Source: Podarcis filfolensis (lineage: Eukaryota). From it: a stretch of DNA of 64,000 bases. The notes beneath the pieces were generated by a model. The model had not been told where the DNA came from. It was given only the letters and a program-made list of their open reading frames with translations, and did no database searches. Numbering within the stretch: position 1 is the stretch's first letter; each line of letters opens with the position of its first letter. The stretch lies in assembly GCA_964270895.1 (NCBI GenBank), contig OZ185444.1; one strand, given 5' to 3'. Below are positions 23,171-36,444 of this stretch, one piece after another. The translations under genes were made by a program, and so were the position numbers.

Positions 23171-23507
23171 AACTTAGTAGAAGTGCCAGTTATCCAAATA
23201 AGCTGAATTGCACCATATGAACAGGGCCACAATTGTTAATATAGCCTTCTTCAAGATTCTGGCTCTTTCTCTCACATCGTAATTTCTGTTTCTGTGCCCC
23301 TACAAATCCAGTTTATTTTCCCTTGCCACCCTCAATTCCAAGGCAAATATTCAACATTTCCCCATCCCCCCAACTTCAATAACCCCAAACACATGCACAC
23401 AACAGAGTGCATCCTGTCCTGCTATACCCAAACATCCCAACTGATCCCAAACTTGTCAGAGAGTAGCTCCTAAGTATGTGCTACTGATCTGGTTCAGAGG
23501 AGATTAA

Positions 23508-23650
23508 TAGTAGAAATCGCCAACATGGTGCCCTCCAGAAGTTGTGAGCTATAACTCCAGTCACTCCCAAGCATTGGTCATGCAGGCTGGGACTGATGGG
23601 GATTGTAATTCACAACATCTGGAGGGCACCATGTTGGCCACCGTTTCTGT
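23508..23650. mobile_element. Palindromic hAT MITE, related family
   Basis: ccaacatggtgccctccag...ctggagggcaccatgttgg inverted repeat with the same internal core. Confidence 0.75.
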
Positions 23651-23795
23651 AGCACAAATGTAGGCAATGTCTAGGAAACCTAAGGCCAGGTGCCAATATT
23701 TTCCAGTGTCTAGGGACAGAGATGACTGAACCTGACTTTGACAGGGCAATAAACACTGAGGATGATTGCTTTTAAACTTGTGGAAGTTAGGTTTA

Positions 23796-23887
23796 GCCAG
23801 TGCGGCGTAATGGTTAAGGTGTTGGACTATGACTTGGGAAACCAAGATTTGAATCCCCACTGGGTGACCTTGGGCCAGTCACTGTCT
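23796..23887 (+). mobile_element. MIR/Ther1-derived SINE (Squam3-like) 5' part
   Basis: gccagtgcggcgtaatggttaaggtgttggactatgacttggg...ttgaatccccactgggtgaccttgggccagtcactgtct. Confidence 0.75.
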
Positions 23888-24923
23888 ACGCCAACAGGTG
23901 CAGGTAACTCACTGGAACTCGCTGATCCCCAATTATGATGGGGATCAGGGATTACAATTATTCCCCATGAACAAGGAATTCCCAGGAAGTGTGGGTCATA
24001 AGCTCACATTAAGTCCCTGCCCTGACAGGATTGAAATGGGGAGGTGGAGCATGTAACACCTTAACACAGTTGGTGGTATGAACTACTCTTGGCCACTGAT
24101 CAAAGAGGAGTAAACCACCCACACTCTCAGAATGTTTCCAGTTTTGCTTAAAATCTGAAAGCTGTCTAGCCTACAAATTTTTAAAATTAGCTGACAAGTC
24201 CAAACATTGACCCACCAGGTTCAAGCTTCTGTAAAGTTACTTGATGTTGCTACACCATCTAAGTGTATTGTGTCCATTTCATGGCTGTGCGAGACCAATT
24301 TATAGGTGACTATCACACACATAACCTGGAGCATCAAAGTAAACCACTGATGCTTTTTTTTTTTTTGTAATTACCAGAACGATTCTGCAAAACAAGAATA
24401 TGCCTAAGATGTGAAATTATTCTAAGAGCTGGAGAAGAATGGTTATTAGCAAAGCCAGATAAAAATAAACATGGTTTTCACCTGAACAGAAATGCAAATG
24501 CATCTGCCCACACTTAGCTGGAATCTTCTTATAAAGACAAGATTAATGATGGCCAAGTACGGCGGTTTGATGAAATATATGAAATTCCAAGGCAAATAAT
24601 TAAGAATTCTGGATAACAAAAGTACACAAAACAGAAGTGGCATGTTTCAAGAGGGACTATTAAAGGGAAAGCATAATATCTACTGAAAATAATAAAAAAG
24701 CAATGGCTATGCTAAGTGAAAATAACATTCATTGGTCAAATTCATTTGGACCCTAAACATAGGATTCACAGTAAATACAAGTGGGTCCAGCAAGGAAGTC
24801 TTCTAGTGTGGAATTTTCCTGTTTAAAGGTTCCATCCACAAAGGCTCCTTTCCAAGATACTCCATTCCACCGCCACCCCTCCAATAGCCAGCATTCTATG
24901 GCCACAGCATGCTCAGACCTCAT

Positions 24924-25263
24924 TAGGGATGGACAAATCTGCCAGTTTAGGTTTCTCTCGGTTTCTCATTTTCCCCCATCTCAGATTCAGTTCTTCACAT
25001 TTCCACAGCAATTTCTGAATTTTCTTTTTTAAAAAATCTTCACAAAAATCCAGAACACATTTCTGCAACAATTTCACCTTGTAAATGCTGTACGTTGCCT
25101 TCACTAAAGTCTGCAATGACACACACATTATTTGGCTGTAGAACTGCATTGTAAAAATCAGAGAAATGCAAATTTCAAAGGACGGCTTCACAATCTAGTG
25201 CGGAAGGTACAAATTAGGTAGTTTCTCATTAAAATGCAAACAAAATTGAATTTCTAACCCTAA
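24924..25263. mobile_element. Probable degenerate hAT-type MITE (TAGGGATGG... family)
   Basis: Starts tagggatggacaaatctg..., ends ...ttgaatttctaaccctaa; I saw no clean TSD. Confidence 0.45.
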
Positions 25264-26743
25264 CCCTCATTGCACTGTTTGGGTTTTGTTTTGCTTTTTG
25301 GGGGTCTCCTCAGAGTTTCTCAAGTATTTTGCTTCCCCCGCCACCTTGTTTATAGCCCCTCTTGTGCATGAATTATCTGTAAAAATGATTCACACTCTGA
25401 GAATGAGTTTGGTAGATAAAATGGCTTATGTTATAAAGTGTCCTACGCTTCCTGCAAGGATCACTTCTGCTAACGGGCGAATGTAAGATACAACCAATTT
25501 CCACCCAGTCCTTCTCAGTGACAACCCCCCTCAATGCAACATTACAAGGGGATTTCCTGATCCTTAGAAGCAGATTGAAAGCATGAGATGTCTCATGGGA
25601 AGGAAGCAGAAATGCCCGTGAATGAAATTCTTTGGAACCAAGGCACTAGTTACTAATTTATATACCATAAGTGGGGTTGACGCTTACTGCTGTTTTAGAC
25701 ATAGTTTAGGTGTCTAAAGTTCAATGGGCAGGTCTAATGAGTTTATCTCATACTGATGTTAAGGGAACTAAATCTGTGAGATTTTAGAATATGATGCCAC
25801 GGGAGACAAGGATCATTCCGTCAGCCGAGGCCTTAAAAGCATAGACTAACTACAAACACCAATACAGTCAACTAAAGTAAGATTACCTGCAAGACTGCCT
25901 GCCCCCATATACACCTGTAAGAAATTCTGTTTGTGGTGAACTATCATACGACAATGACTCCAAAACAGGCATTTCCTTCTGTTGTTCCTGTACTAGGGAT
26001 ACCTTCCCTCTGCCATATGTGAAGCAACAACTACCAGTTGCTTCAGATGTCTTGTAAATATCTCTTTTTACCCAGGCTGTTCCTGATCCATATGATTGGG
26101 CTCCTTTTTTTGTTTGAATTTTTGCCTGTATATGTTTATGTATGTTTTGCTGGTTTTATATTGTATTTTTGTATCAAGAAGATATTGTTTACTGTTTTAT
26201 GTTGTACTTCTTGAAATATGTTTTTAAAGGCTTTTAAATAATAAATAAAAGGTAAGTGGTGCATCAGCAAAATTGAAATATTTCCGAATTCTATCAGACC
26301 ATTATTTGGAGAAATGAAATACATCCTCAACCAATACTGTGGGACATTGCCCACATCTGGCCCAGATATATAGGAAGCGACACTAAGCCAAGGTTACAAG
26401 AGTTTAGAATCATACCCTCCAACATTGCAGAAGGTTGGACTAGATGACCCAACCAGGTCCTTTCAACTCTACTGTTCTGTGATTCTATGATAGTTTGATT
26501 TCAAAGTGTGAGTAATTCAGACGAACAGAGTATGTCTGTAGCTGTGATGCTCTGCATTGTGGCCTGCAGTGTTTTATTTGCAAATTACTTAAGCTACTAC
26601 AAAAAAGCAAGAATGTGGTTTCAGAGAAAATACATTGCTGTTTTTGAGCAGTGACAAATGACAATGACAAATTAAGCAGCTTATGTGGGACTATAACTGG
26701 ATTAATGGTACTTGGATAAATTCTATCTGTTATGATCCTAAAT

Positions 26744-26877
26744 CAAGCTTCCACAACCTCGGCCCTCGACGTTTTTGACCTACAACTCCCATGATCCCTA
26801 GCTAGCAGGACCAGTGGTCAGGGATAATGGGAATTGTAGTCTCAAAACATCTGAAGGGCTGAGGTTGAGGAAGCCTA
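26744..26877. mobile_element. Palindromic hAT MITE, same family
   Basis: Same core (ctacaactcccatgatccctagctagcaggaccagtggtcaggg...gggaattgtagt); perfect 8-bp TSD tcctaaat. Confidence 0.88.
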
Positions 26878-27995
26878 TCCTAAATCAAAGACTAGTTGTC
26901 TATGAAAAGTGCTAGAATTTCTAAACACTGCAAGAAAAGAACAAGAGGAAAAATTATCTATCTTATGGAGAAAGCACAAATGAGAAGGTCAATGCAGAGA
27001 CAACTGAGTGAAAGTTGTCATGAGTTTTACCCTTTTCTATTGGAACTACCTTATAGTCTTAATGTACACAATTAGTTTTGCTCTTTATGTACAAAGAAAA
27101 ACAATTCTGCTGCAGAAAAGAATTCTGCTGAAAAACCAAGGAACAGTGCTCTAAATTATAGTCATTACTGGAGCCCACAGGTGTCATATCACTATAAGTT
27201 CATTTTGCATGGCATGTTTACAGTATTGCATGACATATTTACAATAGATAAAACACTCAGCTGGAGAAATCCAGCTTCTTGTCTGCTGAGCAACTGGATA
27301 TTGTAACCATATCCATGTAGCTCACCTGTGCTGGAGGAGTCTTCTAATTTCTATTCCAATGATGGTGCAGCAGAAGAATTCTTGTATGGGGACATACCTG
27401 GAAAAATGAGTTGCCTATGTTCTAAGTTCCTAGAATGTCAATTTGACCCTTTCAAGCATGAGACACGTGCAACAACTTTCACTGAGTTCAATTAGTTCTG
27501 GTGCTAAACCTGAATCGGAGGCTTCACCAGATTTTGTGGGTCTAAAATTATGTGGATTGAGTTCTCCAACCCACTCACAAAAGAATAAAATATTTACATA
27601 AAATTTGGATATGCTGTGCGTGAGATGCAAATTTGTGTCTTCTTTTGTGAGGAGTGGAGAGTCGAAACATAAATCTGTGGTAACTCCTGTACTAAAATGT
27701 TTGACGCAATGTGAACAGGTGAAACTTTCCTCACAATTCTATTTCCATACTAGTAAATGCTTAACCTGTTTAATTATGGCCTGCCACACAGCTGTTAAAG
27801 GCATAATAATTTGCCTCTGATGCCAACCATAAACCAAAGCCTAGGCTGCAATCCTGTACCCATTTACCTGAAAATAAGCCCATGAAACACAGAAACGTAC
27901 TTATGTGAAAATATGTATGCTGTACCCCATTGTACTGTAGGATCAACTATGCAGTGAATTCTGGGCTGCTTTGGGAGAAATGTAATAAAATAAAT

Positions 27996-27998
<3 letters not shown>

Positions 27999-28038
<40 letters not shown>
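27999..28038 (+). repeat. (TG)20 microsatellite
   Basis: Read directly. Confidence 0.98.
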
Positions 28039-28040
<2 letters not shown>

Positions 28041-28599
28041 TGCCTGGTGGTTTGGCTAAGTAGGAGATATGCCAAAGCAACTTTGCAAAGTTTTCACATT
28101 TTGTACTTTCCGTTGGGTGAGTAGAGATTATTTAACAGCCACAGAAGTATTTGCAGAAAATCACTTATTGTGAGTACCTGATGTCTCACGAACTCACCAC
28201 AGCAAAACTGCATCCTGGTTGAAAAGGGGGGGGGGGAGAGGAATGGCCAACTACAGAGATTCAGAGGACTATGAGTATGAGACAGAAGCAGAAGAAATGC
28301 AGTAAAGGAGAGGAAAAACAGCAGCTCTTTAGGACTCTAGGAATCCTCCTATTGCCCTATTGCCTATCCAAACAACTCACTTGTTAGTCATAGCTCTGAC
28401 TTTACTCATAAGCTAAAACACTGAAAGGCAGCAGCAGCCAGGCTGGTTCATCTCACAGAAATCACTAAGTACTTACTTACTTTGTAAACTTTCTTTGTAG
28501 AAGAGCTAGAGACTTGATAAAAAAGAAAACTTGTACACCAGTACCTCTTTGCCTGTCTCGTGGTGGGCCTGAATGTGGCTCCATTATTTAGTCAGCATT

Positions 28600-31500
28600 C
28601 ATAAGTCATTAAAAAACTTCTGCAAACAGAAATTCTGTACAAGTTTCCATATTATAAAAATAACACAGTACACATCGCACACAACTCTTAAGAAACAGAT
28701 GCAAAGCTGGTTGCTTATTTAGAATAAAGTTATATATTTCAAATAAAATAAATACTTTCAAAAATTTCAGTCCCCATCCAGAGACAGATAAACAGCACAT
28801 TTATTTATTTAAGTTACATTGAGCAAGCTAAAAAAACCTTACAACCAGAGAAAGCAATGTGGGGCTCAGCAGTTGAAAAGCGGCAACGATAGTTTGATAA
28901 CTAACATGTTATGGTATGTTGCTTTCACAGTAGTAATGTTATTGAACAAGTAGTCCCAATTTCAGATTACACTTACACTTGCTATAAGACTCAATGTACT
29001 GTTGGTCAACAGGATCAAAATGGATAATTTGTACACAAAGTCTACAGTTCCTCAAAAAAAGGTCTGAAATGTATAATTCACAGTAGATTTTTGGACAGTA
29101 GAGTGCAATCATGACTACCATTCAGACAGAAAAAACCCCAGGATTGTGTTCAAATAGCAAGGTAAAAATGTAACAAGTACTATTACACTGAATCTGGACA
29201 GTTAAATTTCACTTATCTATATCTGTTGCAGGAACACTCTCCTCCTGGTTACAAGATTGTCACCTTCCCAAACTGTATTTCCTCTCCACTTACAAGAAGG
29301 AACCTCTGGAATAGCTGTTACATAAAAGTACAAATGTAGTGTGACTATATAGTGAATTTTCCAGAAGGGACTAGGAGAAACCATTCATAAAATTTGAATG
29401 AGTGGTTGACAGTGGGATACAATGTGCAAAACCTTAAGGATGGCTATATATGCCCACTGAAGAGAGTTGGTCCGATACCAAAATCCTAAATATTTTACTT
29501 GAACATTTGTACATCATTTCATTGAAAAACTGAAACAATATGCATTTGATTCAGGCATTACCTCCCCAGTATGATGTCAACTCAAGCACTCTTAAGTGTA
29601 GCCATTTCATTCTCGATTTGTTTAATTCTGCACACTACATATATGGTGCGTTCTCTTCTCTTTACCTTGTTAGGTTAGCTTCCCCAGAACTACTCTCCTC
29701 CAACTAGGTCAAAACACCACCTACCATCAGAGCTGATGCATGCCAGGTTCCCTTATGAGAAAGGCACAGCTCTTACAAAAGGATTTAAAAACAGATCGCT
29801 TTGAAGAGTGAAACCTGGGCGCCTTCAGCCATGACTCAGAACACACAAAGAGCTACTGTCAAGGGTCCTGTTTCACTTTCCCACTCAGCAGTACTTTCAT
29901 CAAACTACTTATCTGAGTTATTTATTCTTCTCCTCTTTGTTTGGCTTCACTGGCAAAAGAAAAAAAAAGTATCCAAGACTTGCAGGAGGAGAAAATACTT
30001 TAGATGCAGAAAAGAAATCCCAAAAGGAGGAACAGATTGTTACAAAACACTGCTTTTAGAAAAATCCAGCTTTCAGAGACTCAAGTGTACGTTTTCCAGC
30101 TTCTTGCTACCTGTACTATTTTTGGCCCCCCAAAAAACTGCTTTATAAGGATAGTCAATACTTGCCACCTGACTTTATTTCCAAGAATTCTGGTTTCCTT
30201 TTTAAAGTAGTCATGGGTAACCTTATAGGAGAACACATTTTGCTGCCAATATTTAGACCTTTAAAGCCTTGAGAACATATCCAGCCTGATTCGCAAATCT
30301 CATCTGTTGCACCAATGAGAACAGTGAGTGATATTCAGCACTGCACCAGCCAACATGAGACAGGACTTCCCCTTCCCTTGTAGCCACCTCCCATGCCCCC
30401 TCAAGCTGCTCCACTGGGACCCCTAATTCTATGGGGCAGATTCTGGGGGCATGCAGGGGGAGGAGAGTTTCAAGTCCTATCACACAAGCAAGACTCACTT
30501 GCAAAAGCAGACTGACACTGTTGGATATCACCCAGTGTATTTTTTTTTTTTTGAAAAACTTCCATTAACTTCATTCTCAACGAAGCCACCAAAATCTATT
30601 AAAAAAAACAACAATTTGTAAAGATGCTGAATCCTGTAAAAAACATTGCCGCATATTTATTTTAACAAAAGGGCCGATTTATTTATTTTTTTACAAATGA
30701 ATTTCAAAACAAAAAGAAAACATTTATGCTACCTACTCATGACTTTCCAAATGCCAGCAGCCCTCATGCTGTAAAGATACTAAAGATCAGAAAAAATAAA
30801 CAGCTTCACTCACAGTTCACCAAGACAGCACTAAGCTACTGTGTTTAGACAAAAACAAAAAGGACTAAGGTTCTGATGTATTTTGATTTAATCCATTTTG
30901 CCTGAGATAACAAAAGTATTTCAAGCAACTTCCATCACATTGTCCTGCATTAAACAATCCTCTACTAAATTCTGAACAGAAGTTATTCAGTAAGTTTCTC
31001 AATTTTTAAATTTTTTACAGTTGCTTCAAAACCATTAAGTAGTAAATGTTTAAGAAACTAATTAGGACAGAGGCCATAACTTCATCAGAACACCACTGCT
31101 CATGGTTTTTTTTCCCGTTTTTTGTTTTTACAAAGCATTAGTGTTACCTATTTGGCTATTAGTAGTAGCAATTTTATCTACAATATTTAACAAGGTAAGT
31201 TGCAGGCAAAAATTTAGTACAGTTTCAATAGAAACACCCTTTCCTGAAAATACAGCAGTATTTGATGGACTAATATTTTNNNNNNNNNNNNNNNNNNNNN
31301 NNNNNNNNNNNNNNNNNNNNNNNNNNNNNNNNNNNNNNNNNNNNNNNNNNNNNNNNNNNNNNNNNNNNNNNNNNNNNNNNNNNNNNNNNNNNNNNNNNNN
31401 NNNNNNNNNNNNNNNNNNATCAATTCAGTGATCCAGAGCTCCCTTGCCCTTTCCAGACCTCTCCTCAAAAAGGAACAAGAAACGAAAGCTCCGCTAAGAC

Positions 31501-31781
31501 ATTCTTAAGGGCCATTTTTAAGTACAGCTGATGATCCACAGGTCACTTAAACCAAGTTACTGTTTATCTGTCAGAGTTCATTATTACTCCCACCCCCAAA
31601 AAAGCACCCTCAAGTCTGGCAGAAAGCTTTTTTTAAAAAAATAAATCTACATTCGTACAAGTATATCTTCTTGTTGAAGTCCAAGACAAGAATACCATCT
31701 TGCCCATCTCAGTGAGTGAGAAGACCCAGTTTCAATTTGTTTCTTTACAATGCAGCTAATGTATTAACATTCGGCTTACAA
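28600..31781 (-). other. ATP2B1: ATP2B1 3'UTR (about 3 kb; distal end approximate)
   Basis: The sequence after the stop (ttgtaagccgaatgttaatacattagctgcattgtaaagaaacaaattgaaactggg) resembles the mammalian ATP2B1 proximal UTR as recalled; AU-rich; AATAAA clusters at 30656-30687 and 28800-28809. Confidence 0.7.
31280..31418. other. Assembly gap (139 N) inside the ATP2B1 3'UTR
   Basis: Run of N. Confidence 1.
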
Positions 31782-32096
31782 TCAGAGTGATGTTTCCAAA
31801 CTATGTAGTGGGCTCCCTGGGGATGAAGAGGTAGCAGACTTGTTCAAGTCTGTTGTAAGATGAATTCCACTGTCAACCGCATTGTTATTTTTGTTGGGAG
31901 AGGGTGGAAGAGGAGTGGAGTTTCGTTTTGTTGGAGCATCATCTTCAGCATCGGTATCATCAATAAGGGGAATATGAGTCTCAGAATCTTCTATGCTAAA
32001 CTCCGGATGCGTCATAAAATTGTGGATCGAACTTCGTGTCTCAGGTTTTTCTAATCCTTCATATAAGGAACTACGAAATGCATTCACCACTCGGAT
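31782..32096 (-). CDS. ATP2B1: ATP2B1 terminal coding exon ([10 protein letters not shown]...PLHSLETSL*), PMCA1b C-terminus with PDZ-binding ETSL
   Basis: 315 nt including TGA; acceptor ttcatccttgcag. In-window CDS totals 3455 nt; adding a 208-nt ATG exon (human size, recalled) gives 1220 aa, the PMCA1b length. Confidence 0.98.
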   Translation of the reverse strand: MRVVNAFRSSLYEGLEKPETRSSIHNFMTHPEFSIEDSETHIPLIDDTDAEDDAPTKRNSTPLPPSPNKNNNAVDSGIHLTTDLNKSATSSSPGSPLHSLETSL

Positions 32097-34734
32097 CTGC
32101 AAGGATGAAAAGCGTAAATGTCAGTATACAGCAGATTGCTCTCAAGGGAATACGGTTTTTATGGGTTTGAATCCACAGACAGCTAGACATGAGTGAACTG
32201 AATTTGTATGTAATGCAGTGGAACTTGCAATAGACTGTGAAAATAAAAATAAAAATGGAAGAGCATTTCAGGAGAGCACTGCCAGGCTTCAGTAGGAATA
32301 AAAATGTCAAGTGCCCTGTAAAAAATGCAAAACCCTACAAAGCTGAACTGATGCTGCACTTAAATTAAACATGGGCTAAGCGATAAAAATATATATATAT
32401 ATTAAGCCAATCTGAAAAATCTACTCCAATTTAAATGAGTAAAACATTAGACTTCTGAAACCATAAAGATGGCAGGAATTTTGGAAGTTACTTTTCAATC
32501 ATGCTGGGAATTATGGTGTCTCCTGGATTTATGGAGCGTCCAAGTATAAGTCAATAGTAAGCAGTGTCAAAATTGCTGACATTCTTTCTAATATCAAGAA
32601 AGGGAAAAAACCCTTTACAAATGTAAATATTTGAGTATATACCACACAGAACACTTGCATAGTCATTTGTATCACAGTTTGCAGAATCAAGAAGAAATAC
32701 AAATATAAATACTATAAAATACTATCTGTAAGAGGCAGTTATTTGTTCCCCCACACATCATGTATTTCAACCATGTTATATATACACACACACAAGCATT
32801 ACAGTCACATTCAAATGACACCAGACATATGAAACAGCTGGTCCATGATTTATGAACACAGATTTTAACTTTCGTAAACTCTATAGTGTAATAGTCTTCC
32901 AAACAACTGAAAAGGGCAGTGATAAAAGACCTCCAATATTTTTTGCAGCTCATTTTGTCTTACAGTGAAAAGGCTACAGCGAAAAGAATTTGTACATCTC
33001 AGTTTGTCAAATGAAGTTTAATACTGTGAACAGCTATGAATGTAATGCTATCTTCTAAATCGTAATCCCATTATGACATTTCATATTATAACTTTTCTGC
33101 TATGAAAATAAACCATCTGATCCTATTCCAAATAGTACCTTTGCAAAACTGAGAATCTGTGTTATAAAATGACTGGTGTTTTCACTTGTACTGCACGTAA
33201 CTTTGACATTTATGAAAACATCCTCATTACATGGAATGCCAGAACATACATTCTTTAGTCAGAATACATATAGAACCAAGGGGCAAGATTCTATTTTAAA
33301 CATAAGCAATTTTTAAAACCCATAACAACTTCTTTTTAGTAGGATTATAGATTTTTGAAGCATCACCTCCTTAGATATAACCAAATGCTAGGTCAAAATG
33401 AGACAGACAACTTATGCGAAAAGAATGTTTACATGATCTATTCACATTATCAGTTTGTTTCAGGGAAGGGACTTGTGCAAGTTTCCTCCTCAATGTTTAT
33501 ATTCTAATCTTGTGATATGCCTGTTCATAGAAGAATTTCATACCCCAGTCAGCCCACCCTCTATGTTGCACCAAAATTCTGCATTTCCAACACGACAAGG
33601 TTTCTTTTGCTATCAGAAGAAAAGTAAGTCCAAGAAAAAAAAATTCTTGAGCTAATGCATCAAAACTACTAGGCAGAAGTCAACTGCAGACCATTTTAAA
33701 AGATCTATATTGGAAAGAGGTGTTACCTTTCAATACACGAACAGCAGCAAGCATGTTGTGTACATGTGAGTTTGCATGCATTTTTATTCCTGGACTTCTG
33801 TATCAGTATTCATATAGGGCTAAGCAGCATGTGGAGGCCAAAAGACCACCAAACGGATTTAGACTGGTCTACTGGAAAGACAAGGCACCCCATTCACAGA
33901 AAAGAGATCGTCACCAAACTATCGATAGGAAGCAACAGAAATAATTGCTCACCCCTACACTTTCAGTATTATGGACATACCATTTCTACTTATTTTTGAA
34001 ATATCTGGTGTTAGTCAAATATTTCATGTAATTTCTATAAGTTTGATGTTTGAAACATACTGAAATTCAAGCACATAAAACTCTTGGACCGGGATCCAAA
34101 AACATACAAATCTCACAACATCAAGACAATAGCTGTAGACAAAGAAAACTTCCTCTTACTACAAGAGTTTGCAAACAAGCCTGTGGGGCCTTTCCATTTC
34201 TATGGGTATCATCCCTCTTTCATGCCACTCAAATACTTCATGAGAAGCAGTATTTCTAAGGAAGATTTCTCAGGTCAATGTCAATGTAATGCGGCACCTT
34301 TGTTATTTTGAAAACAAAAAAGCCACCAGGCACTTTCATTATTTGGGGGGAAGGGGGAGAGAACATCCACTTTTCCATTTCCAAGTATTTTTCAAAGTTG
34401 GCTAGAGATCGTGCTTACATATGCTTGAGGTATTTTAACCCAAGTATTTAAAGTTCTAAGTTACGTCCTTTCCATCTTAAAGTATTACTAATTTTAGAGG
34501 GCAGTTAGCACATACAATGGCAATATTGTGGGTGAAAAAGGCACAAGAAGAAGAAAGCTGAAGAAGTAACCAAACTGAGGTTTACAAATAGTTGCCAAGA
34601 TAACCTAGGGGGCAAAATGCATCAAATTACCTGATATAAATAACTGACTTGAAACAACTACTTTGAATTAATGAAAATATTTAGTTTCAAGTCTCAGTAA
34701 GTAACTGAACTCCTGCAACTTTGAAGGATATCCC

Positions 34735-35230
34735 ATGTAAAAGAAAGAATGCGGCAGCTAGACTGGTGACTGAGAGCGGCTGCAAAGACCATATAACACC
34801 GGTCCTGAGAGACCTACATTGGCTCCCAGTGCATTTCCGAGCACATTCAAAGTGTTGGTGTGGATCTTTAAAGCCCTAAACGGTCTCGGCCCAGTATACC
34901 TGAAGGAGCGTCTCCACCCCCATCGTTCAACCTGGACACTGAGGTCCAGCTCCGAGGGCCTTCTGGTGGTTCCCTCACTGAGAGAAGCAAAGCTACAGGC
35001 AAAGGGCCTTCTTGGTAGTGGCACCTGCCCTGTGGAACGCCCTCCCATCAGATGTCAAGGAAATAAAAAACTATCTGACTTTTAGAAGATATCTGAAGGC
35101 AACCCTATATCAGGAAATTTTTCATGTCTAATGTTTTACAATTTTTTATGCGCTGTAAGCCGCCCAGAGTGGCTGGGGAAACCTAGCCAGATGGGCGGTA
35201 TATAAATAATATTAATAATTATTATTAAAT
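34735..35230 (+). mobile_element. L2-clade LINE 3' fragment
   Basis: NAAARLVT...HITPVL.DLHWLPV.FR.FKVL...FKALNGLGPVYLKERL; 3' end ctgtaagccgcccagag...gatgggcggtatataaataatattaat. Confidence 0.9.
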
Positions 35231-35775
35231 TACTTAATTTACTCTTACAAAATGATGAACCCTCAATATTTTATGCATGAGTTATGCCCAACATGGATTT
35301 TTAAAGTTGGATTTGCAAATCGAAGTTGTTACTTTCAATATAACTAAGCTAGCTATACCAAAGTTGTAATTCAAGTTTTGTACTTCCTTTTAGCAAGGAC
35401 GTAAAAGCCAGTTACTTACATTTGCCAGATTTAAACATTTAAATGAACTGTATTGTATATCTTCCTGCAAACAGTCATTCTTGAAGGCATATACTCAAAT
35501 ATTTATAACGGTTTCCTGAATATTTTTTAAACTCCCCTCTGCAAGAATCAAGGCACAATATGTGCAGGCTCACAGCTTTCATTGTAAATCAATAGTTGCA
35601 ACTGTTCCACCTGTGTTGTAGCCCTCTACGAAAAAAAAGGGTTTCGAGGACTCCATTTTGTGAGAAAAAGTATGAAAAGTCTTAACGATGAATTTAAGGA
35701 CTGAAGAAGAGAATGAAACGTTAGGTGTGTGAATTAGGAAATGTTAATTTCATGCACTTAGGAACACGCACTCAC

Positions 35776-35806
35776 ACCCCACAGTAGTAGAAGCAGTAGT
35801 AGTAGT
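35776..35806 (-). CDS. ATP2B1: ATP2B1 alternative splice-site-C exon (154-nt PMCA1a exon), 3' remnant only; the rest is in the N gap
   Basis: ACT ACT ACT ACT GCT TCT ACT ACT GTG GGG T|gtgagt resembles the end of the mammalian 1a exon (...STASTTVG); joined to the last exon it reads YPSGECIS*, like the PMCA1a C-terminus. Confidence 0.85.
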
Positions 35807-36018
35807 NNNNNNNNNNNNNNNNNNNNNNNNNNNNNNNNNNNNNNNNNNNNNNNNNNNNNNNNNNNNNNNNNNNNNNNNNNNNNNNNNNNNNNNNNNNNNN
35901 NNNNNNNNNNNNNNNNNNNNNNNNNNNNNNNNNNNNNNNNNNNNNNNNNNNNNNNNNNNNNNNNNNNNNNNNNNNNNNNNNNNNNNNNNNNNNNNNNNNN
36001 NNNNNNNNNNNNNNNNNN
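35807..36018. other. Assembly gap (212 N) covering most of the ATP2B1 site-C exon
   Basis: Run of N. Confidence 1.
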
Positions 36019-36261
36019 ATAAAACATATAAAAAAGTAAAGAAAAAAAAGGCACTTTTATAGAGCAGGTAAAGAAGCAAGAGGCGCATTTAGAGATGAAG
36101 TAAAGAAGGAATTTGAGGGATTAAAGAGCCAACCATTTGACCACATAGAAAAGAGTTCAGTCACACCGTTTATAGCTACCCCCCCAACCAATGGCAAGAA
36201 CAACGGGAAGATTTATAACCCCCTCATCCCTCACCATCTCCTACCTGTTCCAAGACCATAC

Positions 36262-36444
36262 CTGAGTTTGTATCCTGTTTAGGCCCCTAAACCACAATAT
36301 CTGACCACGCCGCAGTTCTCTTTCAGCATGATCAATCTCCTCTACATCTTCTGCCAACTCTTCTTCTGGAATCTCTTCCTTCTGGGTTCCATGACCAGCT
36401 TCTTTAAGGAATTTCAAGTGGCTGGTTGGAATTGTTGATATCAA
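36262..36444 (-). CDS. ATP2B1: ATP2B1 exon 20 (first half of the calmodulin-binding domain, [18 protein letters not shown])
   Basis: 183 nt; donor gtatgg. Confidence 0.98.

Noticed and set aside
30253-30531. 92-aa minus ORF inside the ATP2B1 3'UTR
   Set aside because: No recognisable similarity or splice context; it lies downstream of the proximal poly(A) cluster and is most likely a chance ORF.
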